64,000 bases of DNA. It comes from a virus. The position numbers and the translations under genes were made by a program. Shown here one piece after another: positions 59,301 through 64,000 of the stretch (position 1 is its first letter; each line of letters starts with the position of its first letter). The notes below the pieces were generated by a model, which did not search any database, was not told the DNA's origin, and saw only the letters and a program-made list of their open reading frames with translations. The stretch is from the IMG/VR virus record IMGVR_UViG_3300021425_000006. The stretch is one strand, 5' to 3'.

Positions 59301-61730
59301 ATTGGTGGTGCAGGTATAGGACTATTTGGTATAATTGACACATATGATGCAGGTACAAAACGTGCAACAGTAGTTAAGGTATCAGATGGTACAGCAGGTT
59401 GGGATCACGTTGTTCCAGGAACAACATTTGCTGCTCCTAACTCTACATCAACATATCAAATTGAACCAGCAGCAATATTTACAGCACCGCCACAGTCAAA
59501 TACACAAAGAACGCTTAGTGGTGCAACAGAAGTACAAGATGCTGTATTTGTAGAAACATCAGCACAGTACACAGGAGTAGCAACAGTTACTGAATCAGAC
59601 GGTACTGGTGCAACATTTGATATTACTAGAAACGGCGAAAAGTATTATGTTACATTAAATAATGCAGGATCTGGTTATGGTAGATTAAACCACTGTGAAA
59701 TTCCAGGAACTTCATTAGGTGGCGCAACACCTGCAAATGATATTACTATTACAATTACAACAATTAACGCAGCCACAGGTGCTATTGTTGATTTTGACTT
59801 TACTGGAATAGGACAAAAAGGTAGATTTGTTGCAATACCAACTAGTGGAACAGGTGGCCTCAAAAGTGTTGACGGCATTACTTGGACAGCAGAAGCGTTA
59901 CCAACTCCAGGATCAGGTTCATACGAATCAATAGCAACTGGATTATTAGATGACGGATCAAGTGTTTACAAAACAAGTGCTGTAGTTGCTGTATGTGCAG
60001 GAGATAATACAGCGGCATATAGCGTTGATGGAGATACTTGGGCAACTAGTAGTTTACCAGCTGGACTAGCATCTGCAGGCTCTAAGAGCATAGCATTTGG
60101 TAATGTTGGCACTAACGATAATAGATTTGTTGTAACAAGTGTAGGCGATAGAGATGTTGCATTTAGCCAAGACGCAGGTTTAACTTGGTCGCTAAGTTCA
60201 AATGCATTGCCAGCAACTGGATACAATCTAGTAAGATACGGAAAAGGATTGTTTGTTGCAATGAAAACTGGAACTAACGAGACAGTATGGAGTGCAGACG
60301 GTGTTACATGGAGTGCAGGTGCAGGCTTATCTACAGATACATGGACTGACCTAGTTTGGGGTAATGGTCGATTTGTTGCAATAGCAGCAAGTGGAACTAA
60401 AGCAGCATATAGTTTAGATGGTAAAAACTGGACTGATGCAACATTACCAACTGTTGGAACACCAAGAAATATTGCATACGGACAAGGCGTATTTGTTGTT
60501 ACATTCCAAGATGACGCAGATACTATTGTACATTCAGAAAATGGAATACAGTGGACAAGTAAAACTATAACAGCAAATGGAAGTTCAGGATACGGTGCAG
60601 TTGTATTTGGTAATCCAGGACAAGATGGTAAGTTTATATGTCACACATATGACAGTACATCGGTTGCTGAAGAAGTTAAAGTTGGAGCAACAGCAAGAGG
60701 AAGAGCAGCGATTGCAAACGAAAAACTGTTCCAAATTAATATTGAAGAACCAGGAAGCGGCTACACTAGTGCGCCAACAATTACAATTACTGATCCAAAC
60801 AACATTACAGATGTTGAATTACAGGTAAGAGTTGGTAACGGTGCAATAGCAAATCCAACATTTATAAATAGAGGAACAAGTTTTACAACAGCTACAGCTT
60901 CTGTTAACGCAGAAGGAAGTAACGGTAAAGCAGACTTCTTCCAAAACGGAGCATACATTGCTGTTAAGAGATTAACATCAACTCCAGTTCCAGGATCGAA
61001 CGTTGTAATTGCTGGAATACCTGACAAGTTCTTTAAACTTGTTAGTACAGTAAGTTTAACTGGCGTTAACGATGGTTCTAAGAAAGGATTCTTACAACTT
61101 AGTCCATCATTAACAATTAGTGAAGCACCAGCAGACGAAGCAGATACATCAATGCGTATTAGATTTAGTCAGGTACGTTTAACAGGACATGACTTCCTAG
61201 ATATTGGTACTGGTAACTTTGTAGATACTAACTATCCGGGTGTTCCAGTTAATGCACCAGTACAAAGTCAAGAAACAAATGACTTTGACGGTGGTAGAGT
61301 ATTCTACACAGCAACTGACCAAGATGGTAACTTTAGAGTAGGTTCATTGTTTAGTATTGAACAGGCAACTGGTGTTGCAACACTAGATGCTGATGCATTT
61401 AATATTGCAGGACTACAAGAACTATCACTGGGTGAAGTTACACTAGGTGGTAACTCAGCAAGTATTACTGAATTTAGTACAGATCCATTCTTTACAGCAA
61501 ATTCAGATACAGTAGTTCCGACACAAAGAGCTGTAAAAGCGTATATTGAAGCTCAAATTGGTGGTGGTGGTGCATCGCTAAACGTGAACTCAGTAACAGC
61601 AGGCGACATATTTATTAACACCAATCAGATAACAACGGTGTCTGGAGAAACGATAAATATCAAAGCAAACGTTAACTTTAGTGGAAGTGTTCTTGGCTTA
61701 CCACTAGCATTAAATTACATGTTAAGATAA
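53358..61730 (+). CDS. Giant virion protein (2790 aa): CBM-like repeats, cupredoxin-like insert, six helical C.RD repeats, Asp-box propeller
   Basis: MAEFKLGRIRFVWK start; domain motifs visible in the translation; late motif TAAATA near 53331. Confidence 0.8.
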   Translation: MAEFKLGRIRFVWKNNWTTGTTYYKDDVIAFGGKVYICVEGHSSAADFFTDLNIVPSKWNLVSDGQSWLGEWAHSTSYVNNNIVKYGSKLYICQTNHTSTTISGTVTRAVTVAVNTQSPGNNVFVLDGTQYPSIQFQHGKTYEFTQDDASNVTHPFLFSTTKNGTHGAGTEYTTGVKYYIDGAEVDDSAAYIAAFDTATNRKITIEPTASTPETLYYYCYNHSNMSIDSEIDIINYGIEADLGNWQTFAEGLDWKGDWTAGYQYRNNDFVKYGGASYVCKTPHTSQASGLETDQANWELLNKGFDYRSEWVASKKYLENDVVRYGAGLWISIANHTSSSAFATDSANWEKFVEGFQYEAEWTWEGSYQTGDVVRYGGNQYIAKQDNTDKIPPLEPTNWDLFSEGFKFIGDWGADSSQYEHKVGDVVRLGGFTYRCILDHQNQQPPNALYWERLNSGFEWRGEWIDEQEYFEGDVVRYGDSSYVCILGHISEGDDYSSDQVGAQGSRPDLADSGQYWSALAIGTEQSVLTTTGDLVYYSGSAPTRLPIGKDGQVLQVNADALPEWAFLGASEDVYYVAEHGKDEPAPIYGQSIDRPFKTIKYAAQQVEQGAKNPEAAKLLELNRRFIQREIVEWTDYQITNNTAPFTSSFTYESSKCERDMGLIVDAIIHDIKHGGNVRSREAALSYVNETAGSPYLTQKAETVASINYGLTVINNVLAQTDPSVNYQTTNGDNSTAVVSQYKDELLGAEPVNADIAANVKIITDAITAGVDTNIPARVINNTLIKVSTGRYIEVLPIIVPAECCIIGDELRAVTVEPRTADNAVLTPKGDFKYTFKGLERMADIVGDIVTGQTVTPTTGNTQSQNQTWPYAETTVVGPEVTRLARSVNDRINVGLGEKRNGNLPTFHTMSDTSAGRARDLVLRNKEFIQAETVAYIADQYPNLNYSRTKCKQDVGLILDSIAYDLTYGGNWMSETAGLAYYNGASGVLQIDSTEKAATIATYGIIKAHSQTVSRDLAVSPTYQSTVTQVSGIGGDAGDATTIGNLFDDIIDIVDNGPSNSSITYPVVTGAAAGLQSAATTLASKKTEIGEQTIDFINNNFGSFKYNSAICRRDLTNIITDVMFDAALGTNYNGVYNGIAYTRPINAYNLANQRVETIGAIRKARDLVLAITSDATAETRIQSSMNEIVDIINNNTGPAVPGDGIADTLSFPSPSGVDQNRVDAKDNLVANREFIKADVVAYVNNNTPPVGYDQAKCARDVGYIVDAMCYDVLYGGTMAATRITESYFGIFGAIYPDGQVTETVAAYNHMSTLLGLIVQESSVTAQSGNSEVQTTLGTPASATEANSIAAGMTIITDALTAGNTDSVPAVVYPDVTWASSAIQSDKTDVDTARPATILSVLQFITDTYNDFKYDHAKCTRDIGLIIDAAAYDWQLGTNYASLITALSYLRAPSSKVVGDQKTATIAANEFAKTLAVQNVGGEADAIAGINTTWQIVQDTLFAGAAEGGMKSVNDQEVFNAIRQLELNKDFIADEVVAYVNDYFSDTVTATAVVVGGSAGGTDSNRLTVTSTAWLDEGMEVKLTNTNSILENSSLFLPNTKYYVKEIISGTQFSLSNSVDGTEVAVDNPWSGSIKIEKAYVYSEAICKRDVKEYVNAMKWDLEWAQTWKRQYKIGNTENALTFYRPGIYKTLLAARYYVNSVIGSQEEDFYYLRNGTGLRLMSMKGLKGDLGPANEFGTQRPTAGAYASLDPGWGPNDQRVWITARSPYVQNCTTFGFGATGQKIDGALHAGGNDSIVSNDFTQVISDGIGAWITNNGRAELVSVFTYYSHVGYLAENGGRIRATNGNNSYGKYGSSAEGVDPTEVPVTAVIDNASQYNATISGVNTNNNEILNVEFSHAGNDYTEALLEFFGPGTNEEVLADEYRDGAMFQTRIIETTPDTAGGTGYTSVSNVAQSGGTTYVDLSSTDGNVSSAYIGMRVQIIGGAGIGLFGIIDTYDAGTKRATVVKVSDGTAGWDHVVPGTTFAAPNSTSTYQIEPAAIFTAPPQSNTQRTLSGATEVQDAVFVETSAQYTGVATVTESDGTGATFDITRNGEKYYVTLNNAGSGYGRLNHCEIPGTSLGGATPANDITITITTINAATGAIVDFDFTGIGQKGRFVAIPTSGTGGLKSVDGITWTAEALPTPGSGSYESIATGLLDDGSSVYKTSAVVAVCAGDNTAAYSVDGDTWATSSLPAGLASAGSKSIAFGNVGTNDNRFVVTSVGDRDVAFSQDAGLTWSLSSNALPATGYNLVRYGKGLFVAMKTGTNETVWSADGVTWSAGAGLSTDTWTDLVWGNGRFVAIAASGTKAAYSLDGKNWTDATLPTVGTPRNIAYGQGVFVVTFQDDADTIVHSENGIQWTSKTITANGSSGYGAVVFGNPGQDGKFICHTYDSTSVAEEVKVGATARGRAAIANEKLFQINIEEPGSGYTSAPTITITDPNNITDVELQVRVGNGAIANPTFINRGTSFTTATASVNAEGSNGKADFFQNGAYIAVKRLTSTPVPGSNVVIAGIPDKFFKLVSTVSLTGVNDGSKKGFLQLSPSLTISEAPADEADTSMRIRFSQVRLTGHDFLDIGTGNFVDTNYPGVPVNAPVQSQETNDFDGGRVFYTATDQDGNFRVGSLFSIEQATGVATLDADAFNIAGLQELSLGEVTLGGNSASITEFSTDPFFTANSDTVVPTQRAVKAYIEAQIGGGGASLNVNSVTAGDIFINTNQITTVSGETINIKANVNFSGSVLGLPLALNYMLR

Positions 61731-61747
61731 CATTAGGAGAAAACAAA

Positions 61748-62068
61748 ATGGCAACAGGAATTTTAGGAACAGCAGATTTAAGTGCAAATACAGATACAAC
61801 TGTATACACTGTACCTGCTAGTACATTTGCAGTAGTAACTGTTAGTGTATCAAATAGATCAGCAAATAACAGAGCTGTTCGTGTAGCATTAGCTGCTTCA
61901 GGAACACCAACTAATGCAGAGTATATTGAATTTGACTCACAGTTAATTGGTAATGGTGTACTTGAAAGAGGCGGAATTGTTATTGATGCGAGCAAAAATA
62001 TTGTATGTAGATGCGACAGTACAGATGTAAGTGTTGTAGTATACGGTATTGAAACCTCAACAGTTTAA
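61748..62068 (+). CDS. Small beta-rich structural protein
   Basis: TTVYTVPA...VSVSNR...LERGGIVI...VSVVVYGIE. Confidence 0.7.
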   Translation: MATGILGTADLSANTDTTVYTVPASTFAVVTVSVSNRSANNRAVRVALAASGTPTNAEYIEFDSQLIGNGVLERGGIVIDASKNIVCRCDSTDVSVVVYGIETSTV

Positions 62069-62079
62069 GGAGAATAATA

Positions 62080-62991
62080 ATGCGTAGAATTACAACAGGT
62101 GTACAGGGTGGTCCGGTTTTAGGTACATTCACTGCCAAAGAGAATAACTTACAAACTATTGAAGACAATGTCGATATGGTGCTCGACCCAAACGGAACTG
62201 GTGAAGTAAAAGCTGCGAAACATGTTCAAATTAATGGTGAAAAAAGTTTAAAATTAGCAGATGCAGCAAGTAGTAATTATGCTGGGTTTAAAGCACCAAG
62301 CACTTTAGGAGGCAGTTATACATTAACTATGCCATCAGCATTACCATCAGCAAATGGTTATGCAATAACAAGTGATACAAGTGGTAACTTGTCATTTGGG
62401 GATATTAGTTTTGAAACAACAAACCAAACAGGAGACTCGGGCACCTATTACGTTGCCATAATGGATGATGCCGATGCTAATGATGGTAGTGTTACAGGCT
62501 TAAATTATAGTGGCGGAAAACTGTCATTTGTTCCTGCATCTGGTATGTTATCAGCAACAGCAATTACTACAACCGCTAATAGTAGCTTAGGTGGTACTAC
62601 AACAATAAGCACTATTGACTGTAATGGCGGTAATATTGATGGTACAACAATTGGCGGGGCATCTAGAGCTGCTGGTAGTTTTACTACAATGACAGCAACT
62701 AGTATTGTAGAGGATTCAAGTATTGCTCTTAAAGAAAACGTTAATCCTATTACTAATGCATTAGAAAATGTATTAAAATTATCAGGTGTTACATATGATC
62801 GTAAAGACGGAAGTACAAAGGACGAAGCTGGATTAATTGCAGAAGATGTTTATAATGTATTGCCAAACCTAGTTAAACTAGATGATGCTGGTAAACCACT
62901 TGGTATTAACTATACCAAACTTACAGCATATTTGATTGAGTCTGTTAAAACATTAACAAACGAAATCGCTGAATTGAAAAAAAGTAAATAG
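62080..62991 (+). CDS. Tail fibre with C-terminal intramolecular chaperone (peptidase S74)
   Basis: SSIALKENVNPITNALENVLKLSGVTY...GLIAEDVYNVLP.LV...INYTKLTAYLIESVK.L plus coiled coil. Confidence 0.85.
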   Translation: MRRITTGVQGGPVLGTFTAKENNLQTIEDNVDMVLDPNGTGEVKAAKHVQINGEKSLKLADAASSNYAGFKAPSTLGGSYTLTMPSALPSANGYAITSDTSGNLSFGDISFETTNQTGDSGTYYVAIMDDADANDGSVTGLNYSGGKLSFVPASGMLSATAITTTANSSLGGTTTISTIDCNGGNIDGTTIGGASRAAGSFTTMTATSIVEDSSIALKENVNPITNALENVLKLSGVTYDRKDGSTKDEAGLIAEDVYNVLPNLVKLDDAGKPLGINYTKLTAYLIESVKTLTNEIAELKKSK

Positions 62992-63003
62992 GGAGTAAGC
63001 CTA

Positions 63004-63966
63004 GTGGCAACTTTAAAGAACACAGTTATAAACTCAACTAATCAGACTACCCTTCCTAAAGGTACAACAGCCCAACGCCCTTCTAATCCAGGCGACGGTG
63101 CTATGAGATTTAATACCGACTTAGGATATGTTGAATATTATTTTAAGGGATTTTGGGCAGATGTTAGAACGGGTCAAGGCGCATTTATGCGTAGGAACTG
63201 TGTTATGCATTTAGATGCTACATTGCCAGAATCGTATCCAGGTAACGGAAGTGTATGGTATGACCTGTCAGGTAATGCTAACAATATGAATGTTGCAACT
63301 AATGCTTGGCAAAATAGTTCGTTAGGAACAGGCCCGCACATTAAAGGAACTACTACTACTAATGAAGGTGATCAAAATTATGGTGTAGACGGGTACTTTG
63401 ATTTTAATGGTAGTTATGGTCAAGCTAAGACAGCTTCTGATATCTCACTAGAGGGTGATGTAACATATTATTGTGTTTCAAGAGTAAAAACTAGCACAAG
63501 TGAGTGGAGAACACTCACAAGATCTTACAGTGCTGATCATCATGTAATAATACGAAGTGGCGCTTATAATGTTGGTACGTATGACAACAATAGTTCCGGC
63601 TTTATCGACAGTGGTGCAAATCAAGACACACAATTTCCTTGTTACAGTAGCGATCAGTATACTGGTACTTCTAGCGGAAGTACTATGAGAATGTTTGCTG
63701 TTTATGCATGGAGTTGGAGTAATAGTGATAATCCAACATATAAGTTTTTTATTAATGGATTTCTTGCAGGAACTATAACAAACTCAAACGCAAGATATAA
63801 TAGAGGATTTGGTTCTTTAGGCGGATATCATAGTGGTAGTACTAGTGTTACTACTGGTAGCCAGTACTGGGGAGATATTAAGTTTTTCTCAGCACACTCT
63901 GATAGACATACCGACGAAGAAATTAGAAACAATACGCACTCTTTAAGACATAGATTTGGAATATAA
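63004..63966 (+). CDS. Fibre/adhesin with LamG/ConA-like lectin domain (GTG start)
   Basis: LPKGTTAQRP...MRFNT, then MHLDA...SYPGNGSVWYDLSGN..N, FDFNGS. Confidence 0.7.
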   Translation: MATLKNTVINSTNQTTLPKGTTAQRPSNPGDGAMRFNTDLGYVEYYFKGFWADVRTGQGAFMRRNCVMHLDATLPESYPGNGSVWYDLSGNANNMNVATNAWQNSSLGTGPHIKGTTTTNEGDQNYGVDGYFDFNGSYGQAKTASDISLEGDVTYYCVSRVKTSTSEWRTLTRSYSADHHVIIRSGAYNVGTYDNNSSGFIDSGANQDTQFPCYSSDQYTGTSSGSTMRMFAVYAWSWSNSDNPTYKFFINGFLAGTITNSNARYNRGFGSLGGYHSGSTSVTTGSQYWGDIKFFSAHSDRHTDEEIRNNTHSLRHRFGI

Positions 63967-63969
63967 CAC

Positions 63970-64000
63970 ATGGCACAACTATTAGATACAAATTTTAATG
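63970..64000 (+). CDS. Start of next structural gene (truncated)
   Basis: ATG GCA CAA CTA TTA GAT ACA (MAQLLDT), 3 nt after the previous stop. Confidence 0.5.
   Translation, partial: MAQLLDTNFN

Noticed and set aside
36039-62168. Numerous 60-180 aa antisense or alternate-frame ORFs within the giant structural genes
   Set aside because: Shadows of repetitive Thr/Asn/Gly-rich coding sequence.
1-64000. Alternative genetic code or stop-codon reassignment
   Set aside because: Core genes are full-length under the standard code, and TAA, TAG and TGA all occur as gene ends.

Overview
A 64 kb AT-rich segment of a T4-like (Tevenvirinae/Kyanoviridae-type) myophage genome, probably aquatic. Minus strand 1-13555: baseplate module (large truncated wedge protein, gp6, gp25, gp5-like hub with a GH19 domain, hub protein, gp53, tube initiator). 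Plus strand: gp55 late sigma factor, gp47/gp46 (gp55 and gp47 each behind a consensus sigma70 promoter), a GIY-YIG nuclease, then a ~530 nt highly structured non-coding region. A gp26-like gene carries a U_UUU_UUC slippery site and hairpin predicting a -1 frameshift fusion. Next come tape measure, portal, two Maf/GT42-like paralogs, prohead core, protease, scaffold and major capsid, then ~32 kb of large repetitive virion or fibre proteins. The ORF track misses a cassette just after the capsid gene: a phage-encoded PqqA (PQQ precursor peptide), a YRG/DUF4278-like peptide behind a compact H-type pseudoknot, and a class-I glutamine riboswitch controlling a 54-aa basic peptide. Each has its own late-promoter motif. 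The PqqA suggests a methylotroph (Methylophilaceae/OM43-like) host. Other highlights: phycobiliprotein-like Cys repeats and a cupredoxin-like module in a 2790-aa virion protein, predicted leaderless late mRNAs, and two more structured 5' leaders. All family calls come from motif recognition by eye; no database searches were run.
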